From an uncultured Flavobacteriales bacterium (GTDB lineage Bacteria > Bacteroidota > Bacteroidia > Flavobacteriales_D > Sanyastnellaceae), in contig CALJKR010000073.1 of the NCBI GenBank assembly GCA_937974555.1, positions 35,118-99,117 of the forward strand: a DNA stretch of 64,000 nt. The letters are read 5' to 3'. Below, in pieces: positions 31,301 to 39,449 of the stretch. The first letter of the stretch is position 1. Each line of letters begins with the position of its first letter. The position numbers and the translations under genes were made by a program. The notes under the pieces are model-generated. The model saw nothing but the letters and a program-made list of their open reading frames with translations, did no database searches and was not told where the DNA came from.

Positions 31301-34300
31301 ATTAATCCTGGAGCAATCGAAATTTGTGACCTTATTGATAACAACTGCGATGGAGCCATAGATGAGAACCAAGACGCAGATGGCGATGGCTACAATTCTT
31401 GTAGCGGTGACTGTAATGACGCCGATCCTTTGGTTTGGATTGGTGCAACTTGCGATGATGGTAATCCAAGCACTACCAATGATTTGATTCAAGCGGATTG
31501 TACGTGTAGCGGTGTTTTGGGTGATGAACCAACCAATGCCTTTACTGCAGATCCCGCAACGGGATGTATAGACATCACAGTTGATCCTGCAACTTATACA
31601 ATAACTACAGCCGTGCCTGCGCCCGGTTGTGCTGGAAATACTGCTGCTTCTCCAAACCCAGAAGTTTGGGTATTGATTAACGTTCCTGCAAACGATACTT
31701 TATTCTTGTCTCCACAAGGAACTGTAGATGCTGGTATGGCGGCTTATACTTATGATGCTACAACAAATACTTACACCCAGTTGGGTTGTGATGATGATAC
31801 AGGACCTGGTTTGATGCCACAATTGACTATCACCGGTCAAGGTGCGGGAACCCCAATCTATGTTTCATTGTGGGCTTATTCCTCAGGATTCATCAGCTTC
31901 AGTTTCTGTGCAGCTTCTTGTACTACTGCTGTGACCTATTGGCCCGATGCAGATGGTGATACCTTTGGTGATGCCAATACTGCTGGAGTTTTGACTTGTA
32001 CTCCAAGTGCAGGTTGGGTGACCAACGGAACCGACTGCGACGATACCAATGCAGCCATCAACGGTTCAGTTACGGAAGTATGTGGTGACGGTATCGACAA
32101 CAACTGTGATGGTCAGATTGACGAAGGCTGTACAACAGACGTAGATGGCGATGGCGCTGTTACCGCTGTGGATTGTGATGACAACAATGCTGCGGTTTAT
32201 CCAGGTGCTACTGAATTGTGTGATTTGATAGACAACAACTGTGATGCTGTTATCGACGAAGGATTTGATACGGATGGTGATGGCTTTACATCATGTAATG
32301 GTGACTGTAATGACAGCGATCCTACCATTTGGACAGGCGCTACTTGTGATGATGGAAACGCCGGTACTTTTGGTGATACCTACGATGCCAACTGTACTTG
32401 CGTAGGTATTACAAGTACAATTCCTGGTGACGAACCATTCAACGCATTTACAGCAGATCCAGCAACAGGATGTATCGATGTAACGGTTGATCCAGCTTTG
32501 TACACGATTACAAGCTTGGTTCCTGCACCCGGTTGTGCTGGAAATACAGCTGCCTCTCCTAATCCAGAGGTTTGGGTTTTAATCAATGTTCCAGCTAATG
32601 ATACTTTGTTCTTGAATCCTCAAGGAACAGTGGATGCTGGTATGGCGGCTTACACATATGATGCTACAACTGGTGTTTACACACAATTGGGTTGTGACGA
32701 TGATACAGGTCCCGGTTTAATGCCACAATTGACCATTACGGGTCAAGGAGCGGGAACACCGATCTATGTTTCTTTGTGGGCATACTCTTCAGGATTCATC
32801 AACTTTAGTTTCTGTGCTTCTCAGTGTACTAACCCTGTGGCTTATTATACAGATGCTGATGGTGATGGATTTGGTGATGCCAACGCGACTGCAGTTTTCT
32901 TGTGTACTCCTGATCCAACTTTGGTGACGGACAACACGGATTGTGATGATACCAACAACGCGATCAATACGGGTACTGCTGAAGTTTGTAATGATTTGAT
33001 TGACAACAACTGTGATGGTCAAGTAGATGAAGGTTGTACCACAGATGCGGATGGAGATGGAGTGGTAGACGCTTTGGATTGTCAACCAAACAATGCGGCC
33101 ATCTATCCTGGCGCAACTGAAGTTTGTAACACCATCGATGAGAACTGTGATGGAACAGCAGACGAAGGTCTTCCAACTACAACTTATTATGCGGATGTTG
33201 ATGGAGATGGTTATGGAGATATCAATGGGGCTTTGACTTCTTGTTTCGATCCTAACACGCCTCCAGTATGTAACTATACCTTTAACATGACCGATACATA
33301 CGGTGATGGTTGGAATGGAAACTTGATGACAGTTACTTCCAATGGTGGATTGAGTATCGCAGGTACCATTGGTACTACTTTCACGGGTGGAACTTCTGCC
33401 ACTGAAACGGTATTGTTGAGCACGGGTGTAGCGTATGATGTTGTTTGGTCAACCATTGGGTCATTTACAACAGAGGTTGGATTTGACTTGTTGGATCCAG
33501 CAAGTGCGATCATTTTCAACTTGCCATCGGCCAGTGGTTTGCAAGGAACTACTTTGACTTCATTTACTGCAAACTGCCCTGCAATGGGTGTATATGTAGC
33601 AGACAATACGGATTGTAACGATTTAGATGGAACAATCAACCCAGGTGCTGCAGAGGTTTGTGATAATGGAATTGATGAGAACTGTAACGCCAACGACGAC
33701 GCTTGTAACCCAATCGATATCGATGGTGACGGCTATAATGCAACTGCCGATTGTAATGACAATGATGCAACCATCAACCCTGGTGCTACCGAGATTTGTG
33801 GAGATGGAATCGACAACAACTGTACTGGTGGTATCGATGAAGGCTGCTCAACAGGAAATGATGCTGATGGTGACGGATATGTGACTCCTGCGGATTGTAA
33901 CGACAACAACGCGGCTATCAATCCAGGAGCTACTGAGATTTGTGGCGACGGTATTGACAACAACTGCGCTGGTGGAATAGATGAAGGATGTTCTACGGGT
34001 TCAGACGCTGATGGCGATGGTTATACTACGCCTGCTGATTGTAACGACAACAACGCAAATATCAACCCTGGTGCTACAGAAATTTGTGGCGACGGTATTG
34101 ACAACAACTGTACCGGTGGAATTGATGAGGGTTGTATCGCAGTTGACAACGACGGTGATGGTTTTGTATCTACTGTCGATTGTAATGATAACGATGCTGC
34201 CATCAATCCAGGTGCTGCTGAGTATTGCAATAACATCGATGATGACTGTAATGGTTTGGTTGATGACAATACGGGTACGATGTTCTACCAAGATGCTGAC

Positions 34301-35131
34301 GGAGATGGATTGGGTAACTTGAGTGCTACCTACTACTTCTGCTCATTGCCAGCCAACGGATGGTCTTCAAACTATTATGATTGTAACGACGCGGATGCAG
34401 CAGTTGCTGGACCTGGTACAGCTTGTGACAATGGAGATGCTACCGATGTAATGGATACTTATCAGTTGGAGCCATTCTGTGCTTGCGTAGGTCAATTGTT
34501 GGGATGTACTGATCCAACAGCTTGTAACTACGACGCTGCGGCCATGGCGGACAATGGATTATGTACGTACTCAACGGTTCAGTTGGGAACTATCCTTGGA
34601 CCAGATACTGTTTCACCATTCTCAGCTCAAGTTTATACTTACCAACCAGCCAATGCCAATGATAACTTGGCTTACAACTGGGACATCAACGGATTGGGTG
34701 TGTTTGTACCCAATAACTCAATCGAAGTAAACCAAAGCATCACAGTGTTCTGGTCAAACCAATCGATTGCAGATTCAGTAGGTACCGTTTCTGTATCTAT
34801 CGTTGACCTCAACTGCGGAACCAATGCAGTGTACACGGTAGAGTTGGAAGTTACTTTCACTGTAACCGGTGTAAGTGAATGGGCCAATGCAGAGGGAGCA
34901 ACACTGTATCCCAATCCGACACAAGGTAATTTCACGGTTCAATTGCCAGAAATGGAAAATGGAACTTACCAAGTTGAGGTGGTCAACATGACCGGTCAGG
35001 TGGTGCATCGCGAAAGCAATTTGACTTCATCCATTTGGATGGCCAACTTGGATGCTTGTGATGGAATTTACGTTGTTCGCGTAATTACCAATGACAAGAT
35101 CTTCCGCCTGCCAATGGTGATTGAGAAATAA
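28394..35131 (+). CDS. Giant secreted Cys/Asp-rich mosaic protein: MopE-like putative metal/Ca-binding repeats plus unassigned modules and a T9SS type-A CTD
   Basis: 2245 aa uninterrupted ORF with a signal peptide (..LTLAIQNANAQ). More than 20 repeats of D-x-DGDG[FY]...DC[ND]D....[IV][NY]PGA.E.C[DNG]..D[ND][DN]C.G..DE. C-terminal LYPNPTQGNFTVQLP...VIEK is a T9SS CTD. A strong terminator follows. Confidence 0.85.
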   Translation: MYFKSFYTRSMGFLALLFASILTLAIQNANAQCVSNESITFSPAPVGGVYAPGTTVLICYTVDYTQATSSWVDGFEVVTGASWTNLQPISAPSACATAGAGQWIWQASLNATGSGLAFGQGYYYDANNDGDGGNDDGDAGTCTMTFCVQAQVVDNVDLNIQVTTGGDGSMGGYTGTDCALVPFVTGPNSDLDGDGFNTGVDCNDANAAINPSATEVCNGVDDNCSGQIDEGFDLDGDGFTTCNGDCDDNNVAVYIGATCDDGDPNTTNDLIQADCSCVGSLGDEPYNAFTTDPASGCINITVSPATYTISTIVPAPGCAGNTVGSENPDLWILLSAPANGTLFLSPQGTGDPGMAAYSYDATTNVYTLLGCDDDTGPGTMPLLNLTGLTPGAPIYIQLWAYNAATTINFYFCASDCTTAVPYYYDNDADGFGDNNQAPVLTCTPDPTWVLAAGDCDDNAATVYTGAVEFCDGLDNDCNGTIDDACVGTVDTDADGYTSDVDCNDNDPAINPGATEICDGIDNNCDGQIDEFVTTTYYADADGDGYGDINMATQACTQPAGYVTNFDDCDDTATTYADLDGDGQGGTTIDPCGVAATGDCNDNDATINNAAAEICGDGIDQNCSGVADEGCTASDNDGDGFDALTDCNDNCATVYPGAPCNDGNELTIDETIQPDCTCGGGTTVTTCLGPQSISFDPAPVAGTWPVGTNVTICYSLDYGQNSGDWLDGMAISLGTGWAYPQPLQAPIECNGGPGDWIWQDTIVPTGGQAYPSYFGGYYYDYNNDGNGGSDWGDGGSCVMSMCFTATTVADLDLWVGVASGGDSQFGSYTSTTGCPIEVYMIDPAGMPSCSVTFPYCATPSSCDPVNNQYTLVPAQNNYIQTFMAPTTGTLDLMLDGNLIQSFTAPFNSTMAINVDSLSSDGATHVLTAMYSANPGCMGTTTFVSPSFCAGQDADADGYVAANDCNDNDPAINPGAIEICDLIDNNCDGAIDENQDADGDGYNSCSGDCNDADPLVWIGATCDDGNPSTTNDLIQADCTCSGVLGDEPTNAFTADPATGCIDITVDPATYTITTAVPAPGCAGNTAASPNPEVWVLINVPANDTLFLSPQGTVDAGMAAYTYDATTNTYTQLGCDDDTGPGLMPQLTITGQGAGTPIYVSLWAYSSGFISFSFCAASCTTAVTYWPDADGDTFGDANTAGVLTCTPSAGWVTNGTDCDDTNAAINGSVTEVCGDGIDNNCDGQIDEGCTTDVDGDGAVTAVDCDDNNAAVYPGATELCDLIDNNCDAVIDEGFDTDGDGFTSCNGDCNDSDPTIWTGATCDDGNAGTFGDTYDANCTCVGITSTIPGDEPFNAFTADPATGCIDVTVDPALYTITSLVPAPGCAGNTAASPNPEVWVLINVPANDTLFLNPQGTVDAGMAAYTYDATTGVYTQLGCDDDTGPGLMPQLTITGQGAGTPIYVSLWAYSSGFINFSFCASQCTNPVAYYTDADGDGFGDANATAVFLCTPDPTLVTDNTDCDDTNNAINTGTAEVCNDLIDNNCDGQVDEGCTTDADGDGVVDALDCQPNNAAIYPGATEVCNTIDENCDGTADEGLPTTTYYADVDGDGYGDINGALTSCFDPNTPPVCNYTFNMTDTYGDGWNGNLMTVTSNGGLSIAGTIGTTFTGGTSATETVLLSTGVAYDVVWSTIGSFTTEVGFDLLDPASAIIFNLPSASGLQGTTLTSFTANCPAMGVYVADNTDCNDLDGTINPGAAEVCDNGIDENCNANDDACNPIDIDGDGYNATADCNDNDATINPGATEICGDGIDNNCTGGIDEGCSTGNDADGDGYVTPADCNDNNAAINPGATEICGDGIDNNCAGGIDEGCSTGSDADGDGYTTPADCNDNNANINPGATEICGDGIDNNCTGGIDEGCIAVDNDGDGFVSTVDCNDNDAAINPGAAEYCNNIDDDCNGLVDDNTGTMFYQDADGDGLGNLSATYYFCSLPANGWSSNYYDCNDADAAVAGPGTACDNGDATDVMDTYQLEPFCACVGQLLGCTDPTACNYDAAAMADNGLCTYSTVQLGTILGPDTVSPFSAQVYTYQPANANDNLAYNWDINGLGVFVPNNSIEVNQSITVFWSNQSIADSVGTVSVSIVDLNCGTNAVYTVELEVTFTVTGVSEWANAEGATLYPNPTQGNFTVQLPEMENGTYQVEVVNMTGQVVHRESNLTSSIWMANLDACDGIYVVRVITNDKIFRLPMVIEK
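29237..29641 (+). repeat. Copy 1 of a ~135-aa 'GDEP..NAF...GCDDDTGPG' module (coding, dispersed intragenic repeat)
   Basis: aa 282-416 of the 2245-aa protein; collinear with copies at 31520..31921 and 32426..32827. Confidence 0.8.
31520..31921 (+). repeat. Copy 2 of the ~135-aa GCDDD module
   Basis: aa 1043-1176. The protein sequence is nearly identical to copy 3, but many codons differ synonymously. Confidence 0.85.
32426..32827 (+). repeat. Copy 3 of the ~135-aa GCDDD module
   Basis: aa 1345-1478; see copy 2. Confidence 0.85.
33716..34144 (+). repeat. Three tandem 144-nt (48-aa) coding repeats of the MopE-like unit
   Basis: The unit D[AI]DGDGY..[TP]ADCNDN[DN]A.INPGATEICGDGIDNNC.GGIDEGC occurs three times head to tail (aa 1775-1917), with a degenerate fourth unit after it. 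Confidence 0.9.
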
Positions 35132-35150
35132 TTGAAACAATAGAATAAAA

Positions 35151-35178
35151 AGCCCCGAGTAATCGGGGCTTTTTTTTT
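35151..35178 (+). terminator. Rho-independent terminator of the 2245-aa gene
   Basis: Hairpin AGCCCCGA-gtaa-TCGGGGCT followed by T8. Confidence 0.85.
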
Positions 35179-35180
35179 CA

Positions 35181-35207
35181 TGAAAAAACCCCTGAATTTC
35201 AGGGGTT
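35181..35207 (-). terminator. Rho-independent terminator of recQ (minus strand)
   Basis: Palindrome AACCCCTGAA-t-TTCAGGGGTT. On the minus strand it is followed by a T-run (complement of the A6 at 35183..35188). Confidence 0.7.
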
Positions 35208-35243
35208 GATTTTCAAATATGAAAAATTAGAATCGAATGATCA

Positions 35244-37445
35244 TCAATGTCCAACGTCATTCATGAATTTCAATCGCATCAAACGAAGCGTGTCTTCCTC
35301 GTAGTCGCCATCAAAGTATTTTTCTGCCTCCAATAAGTCTTCGGTTTCTGATTGCATGAAATATTCCATCATCTCTTCTTGCGCATCCTCATCTACCTCA
35401 TCATCGATGATGTATTGAATACTCAATTTGGTACCTGAGTTGACAACAGCTTCTATTTCACCAATCAATTCTGATTTGGATTTTCCGAGACCGCGGGCGA
35501 TATCAGAAATGGGAATTCGCTTATCAATATTTTGAATAATCTGAACCTTCTGACCGCTTTTAGAAGGAGCCGTTTTCAAAAATAAATCCTGGGGTCTCTC
35601 TATGTTGTTGTCTTCGACATATTTCGAAATCAATTGTATAAAGCTGTGACCAAATTTCACGGCCTTATTTTTTCCAACACCACCTATGTGCGACAACTCC
35701 TCCATGTTAATGGGGTACTGAGTAGCCATCTCTTCCAAACTGGGCTCGGAAAAAATTACATAGGGTGGAATGCCTTTTTCCTTGGAGATGACTTGGCGCT
35801 GCTCTTTCAAAAGATTGAATAACGTTTGATCCGCCGCACCACCGCCGGTATTGCGGGAAATCGACAAGTCTCCATCATCCTCGATGCTGGGAAACTCTTC
35901 TTCTTTCACCGCCATGAAAGACTGCGGGTTATTTAAAAATTCCCTTCCTTCTGGGGTGATTTTCACGGTACCGTAGGTTTCAACTTCTTTTTTAATCAAT
36001 CCTGCAACGAGCATCTGACGAATCAATGCATGCCAATAGCGGTCGTCTTGATCTTTTCCAATTCCATAGAATTCAGATTGACTTCCTTTGTAGGTTTTGA
36101 CTTCGGCATCCTCTAAGCCCAAAAGCACCTTGACAGTGAATTTTGATTTGTGCTTCTCACTGAAGGCATCGACAACTTTGAGAATGAGATGAATATCTTC
36201 TTTCGCCTCAAAAGTCTCTTTGGGCTTTCTCTGATTATCGTCCATGCCCACACCCTCACCGGTATTTTCATCCCAATATTCTCCAAAGTAATGAAGCAAA
36301 TATTTTCTTCTACTCAATGAAGTTTCGCAATAGGCCATCACTTCATGAAGAAGCTGAACTCCAATCTCTTGCTCTGCAATGGGTTTACCTGCCAAGAATT
36401 TTTCAAGCTTTTCGATGTCTTTGGGACTGTAAAAAGCAATGCAATTTCCTTCACCACCATCACGCCCAGCACGTCCCGTTTCTTGGTAATAGCTTTCCAA
36501 ACTTTTTGAAATGTCGTGGTGGATAACAAAACGAACATCCGGCTTATCGATCCCCATTCCAAAAGCGATGGTAGCGACAATAACATCAACATCTTGCATC
36601 AAGAATTTATCTTGGACATCACTTCTTTCATGACCATCCATACCTGCATGATACGGTAAGGCTTTGATACCATTGGCCACCAACAATTCGGCAAGTTCTT
36701 CAGTCTTTTTTCTGCTCAAGCAGTATATGATACCACTCTTTCCTGCATGAGACTTGATGTATTGAATAATTTGTTTACCAATGTTGTTTTTAGGGCGTAC
36801 CTCGTAGTATAGATTGGGTCTGTTAAATGAAGCTTTGAAAACATTGGCTTCAGTCATGCCCAAATTTTTCTGAATATCTTGCTGTACTTTTGGAGTGGCG
36901 GTTGCCGTTAGCGCCATGATCGGCACATCAGCAATATTTTTTATGATGCTCTTCAGCTTGCGGTATTCAGGTCTGAAATCATGCCCCCATTCCGAAATAC
37001 AATGCGCCTCGTCAATAGCAACAAATGAAATGGTACATGAACGTAAAAAATCAATGTTGTCTTCTTTGCCTAATGACTCAGGAGCAACATACAATATTTT
37101 GGTTTTTCCGTTTTGTATATCGGATTTAACCTGATTGATTTCAGTTTTGTTCAGGGATGAATTGATGAAGTGAGCTACCCCGTCTTCAGAGCTGAATCCG
37201 CGCATAGCGTCCACTTGGTTTTTCATCAAGGCAATCAATGGCGAAACCACAATGGCCATGCCCTCCATCATCAAGGCAGGCAATTGATAACACATGGACT
37301 TACCACCGCCGGTTGGCATGATAACAAAAGTATCGTTTCCAGACAAAACAGACTGGATAACTGCTTCCTGTTGACCTTTGAATTGATCAAAACCAAAGAA
37401 ATGCTTGAGCGCTTCCTTGGGCGTGTAATCGACAATGGTATTCAT
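35244..37445 (-). CDS. recQ: ATP-dependent DNA helicase RecQ
   Basis: 733 aa with FGFDQFKGQQEAVIQSV, a Walker A motif (MPTGGGKS), a DEAH box (IDEAHCISEWGHDFRPEY), RQC and C-terminal HRDC regions. Confidence 0.95.
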   Translation of the reverse strand: MNTIVDYTPKEALKHFFGFDQFKGQQEAVIQSVLSGNDTFVIMPTGGGKSMCYQLPALMMEGMAIVVSPLIALMKNQVDAMRGFSSEDGVAHFINSSLNKTEINQVKSDIQNGKTKILYVAPESLGKEDNIDFLRSCTISFVAIDEAHCISEWGHDFRPEYRKLKSIIKNIADVPIMALTATATPKVQQDIQKNLGMTEANVFKASFNRPNLYYEVRPKNNIGKQIIQYIKSHAGKSGIIYCLSRKKTEELAELLVANGIKALPYHAGMDGHERSDVQDKFLMQDVDVIVATIAFGMGIDKPDVRFVIHHDISKSLESYYQETGRAGRDGGEGNCIAFYSPKDIEKLEKFLAGKPIAEQEIGVQLLHEVMAYCETSLSRRKYLLHYFGEYWDENTGEGVGMDDNQRKPKETFEAKEDIHLILKVVDAFSEKHKSKFTVKVLLGLEDAEVKTYKGSQSEFYGIGKDQDDRYWHALIRQMLVAGLIKKEVETYGTVKITPEGREFLNNPQSFMAVKEEEFPSIEDDGDLSISRNTGGGAADQTLFNLLKEQRQVISKEKGIPPYVIFSEPSLEEMATQYPINMEELSHIGGVGKNKAVKFGHSFIQLISKYVEDNNIERPQDLFLKTAPSKSGQKVQIIQNIDKRIPISDIARGLGKSKSELIGEIEAVVNSGTKLSIQYIIDDEVDEDAQEEMMEYFMQSETEDLLEAEKYFDGDYEEDTLRLMRLKFMNDVGH

Positions 37446-37594
37446 AGACTGATTTCCTAAACAATTCCCGATTTTATGGGAGAACGAATTTACGAAGACT
37501 TAAACATTGGTTAAAATGTTTTTTACCTACGTTTTATTAACCGTTTACGAGCAATTTTGTTTTGAATTCCTGCATTATCATGCATCTTTGCACC

Positions 37595-38566
37595 ATGTCA
37601 ATTTCAAATTCTTCCATTATTGCAATTGCCAAGGACACTTTGGCTCAAGAAGCACAAGCTCTTCAAGAGATGGAGTTAACAATTGGGGATGCTTTTGCAT
37701 CGGTAGTTCAAGAAATTCTGGTATGCAAAGGAAGAATTGTAATCACGGGGATTGGTAAGAGTGGCATCATCGCCCAAAAGTGGGTAGCGACATTCAATAG
37801 CACGGGTCAGCCTGCTGTTTTCATGCACGCCGCTGATGCCATTCATGGCGATTTGGGTATGGTGGGTTCGGATGATATGGTGATGTGCATTTCAAAATCA
37901 GGAGAATCTCCTGAGATTCGATATCTGGTTCCATTGATTAAGGACATGGGCAATAAGCTGGTATCGGTAACAGCCAACGCAGGGGGGTTTTTAGGTACTG
38001 AAGGAGATTTTGTGCTCCATACGCCCATGGAAAAGGAGGCTTGTCCCAACAATTTGGCTCCAACTACCAGTACCACATTACAATTGGCCATGGGGGATGC
38101 ATTGGCCGTGGCATTGATGAAAATGCGCGAGTTTGGGTCTTCCGATTTTGCCAAATATCACCCCGGTGGCGCCTTGGGAAAAAAGGTAGCTTTGAAAGTT
38201 CAAGAATTGATGAATAGCCAGGAGGCTTTGATTGTCCACCCTGACATGGAGATGCTTCAGGTTATCTCTCGCGTTTCCCAAGGGCGAATGGGTGCAGTGG
38301 CCGTTGCGCTCGAAGATCACAAAATTATGGGCGTAATCACAGATGGTGATATTCGCAGAATGTTGGAAAAGACGCCCAACTTTGCCGAATTAAAAGCCCA
38401 TGATGTCATGAATCCATCACCCAAATGGATATCACCTTCGTTGTTGGCAGTTGAAGCTTTTAGGGTACTTGAAAGCAATAGCATCACCCAGCTCATTGTT
38501 GCAGAAGACAATAAATGGAAAGGCATGGTGCATTTACACGATTTGTTGCGTGAAGGAATATTCTAA
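37595..38566 (+). CDS. kdsD: Arabinose-5-phosphate isomerase (KpsF/KdsD/GutQ family; SIS + tandem CBS domains)
   Basis: SIS motifs (GRIVITGIGKSGIIAQK, ISKSGESPE) and two CBS domains at the C-terminus. I prefer the start at MSISNSS (37595) over the longer ORF from 37562. Confidence 0.85.
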   Translation: MSISNSSIIAIAKDTLAQEAQALQEMELTIGDAFASVVQEILVCKGRIVITGIGKSGIIAQKWVATFNSTGQPAVFMHAADAIHGDLGMVGSDDMVMCISKSGESPEIRYLVPLIKDMGNKLVSVTANAGGFLGTEGDFVLHTPMEKEACPNNLAPTTSTTLQLAMGDALAVALMKMREFGSSDFAKYHPGGALGKKVALKVQELMNSQEALIVHPDMEMLQVISRVSQGRMGAVAVALEDHKIMGVITDGDIRRMLEKTPNFAELKAHDVMNPSPKWISPSLLAVEAFRVLESNSITQLIVAEDNKWKGMVHLHDLLREGIF

Positions 38567-38571
38567 ACGAC

Positions 38572-39372
38572 ATGGCAGAGGATAAAAAGGAAATGGGTTT
38601 CTTAGATCACCTGGAAGAGTTGAGACGTAGACTTTTCTGGTCGGTGATTGGTGTGGTCATTGGAATTTGTGTCATTGTGTATTTTGACGACTTTGTGATC
38701 AACGATTTGATCATGGGTCCCAAAAATTTGGATTTTGTTACCTACCGTTGGTTTTGTGATTTTTCTCACTGGATGGGTTTGGGGGATCAACTTTGCTACC
38801 AGGAGATGGGATTCACTTTGCAAAGCACCACCATGGGAGGAAACTTCTCGGCCTACATGTTGGTTTGTATTGTTGGTGGTTTGATCATCGCATTTCCTTA
38901 TGTGTTCTATCAAATTTGGGGATTCATCAAACCAGGTTTGCACATGAATGAGAAAGGGGCAGTGAATGGCATTATATTTTTTGTAAGTCTATTGTTCTTT
39001 GCTGGTGCGGCTTTTGGTTATTTTATTCTTACCCCGCTGTCCATTGCTTTCTTGGGTAATTTTGAATTTGGAGATGTGCAGGTAAATGCCACTATTTTGT
39101 CCTACCTCAAGTTAGTTACTTCTTTGGTTCTGGGAACAGCCCTGCTTTTTCAGCTTCCTGTTGTGGTGTACTTCTTGGGAAGAATCGGAATCATCTCATC
39201 GGAATTTTTGAGAAAATACCGCAAGCATGCATTTGTGGTGAACTTGATTATTGCAGCAATCATAACACCTCCGGATGTTACCAGTCAATTATTGGTAAGT
39301 ATGCCGATTCTTTTGCTTTATGAAGTGAGCATCTGGGTTGTTGCCCGAGTGGAGAAGAATCGCAAAGATTAA
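38572..39372 (+). CDS. tatC: Twin-arginine translocase subunit TatC
   Basis: 266 aa with FLDHLEELRRRLFWS at the N-terminus and six TM segments, a typical TatC signature. Confidence 0.9.
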   Translation: MAEDKKEMGFLDHLEELRRRLFWSVIGVVIGICVIVYFDDFVINDLIMGPKNLDFVTYRWFCDFSHWMGLGDQLCYQEMGFTLQSTTMGGNFSAYMLVCIVGGLIIAFPYVFYQIWGFIKPGLHMNEKGAVNGIIFFVSLLFFAGAAFGYFILTPLSIAFLGNFEFGDVQVNATILSYLKLVTSLVLGTALLFQLPVVVYFLGRIGIISSEFLRKYRKHAFVVNLIIAAIITPPDVTSQLLVSMPILLLYEVSIWVVARVEKNRKD

Positions 39373-39449
39373 ATCCCTGTATTTTTAGCAGTTTCGGCAA
39401 TTCAAATTGTCTGAAAATGATGTAATATTGTGCAAACCAAAATCTTAAG

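Noticed and set aside
33716-34144. Regular tandem repeats considered as a possible CRISPR or other non-coding array.
   Set aside because: The repeats are in frame within an uninterrupted 2245-aa ORF and have no unique spacers. The 144-nt period equals one 48-aa protein repeat unit. No cas genes are present in the window.
28394-35131. Possibility that the giant repeat genes are pseudogenes or assembly chimeras.
   Set aside because: All three are uninterrupted ORFs with an intact signal peptide, a CTD, a promoter-like box and (for 28394 and 39450) a terminator. Their repeat copies differ at many synonymous sites, so collapse or mis-joining is unlikely. Long-read confirmation would still be useful.
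37507-37758. 83-aa ORF and the N-terminal extension (37562) of the kdsD-like gene.
   Set aside because: The extension adds a non-conserved Cys/His-rich peptide ahead of a normal KpsF/KdsD N-terminus (MSISNSSIIAIAKDTL). The 83-aa ORF is out of frame and featureless.
39424-39431. Near-matches to the -7 box: TAATATTG before the 1348-aa gene, CATCTTTG before kdsD at 37583 and before pnuC at 50265..50272 (minus strand), and TATCTTCG at 56606..56613 (minus strand).
   Set aside because: They are imperfect matches to a short AT-rich consensus. Some lie only ~5 nt from the start codon. They are not strong enough to list as features.
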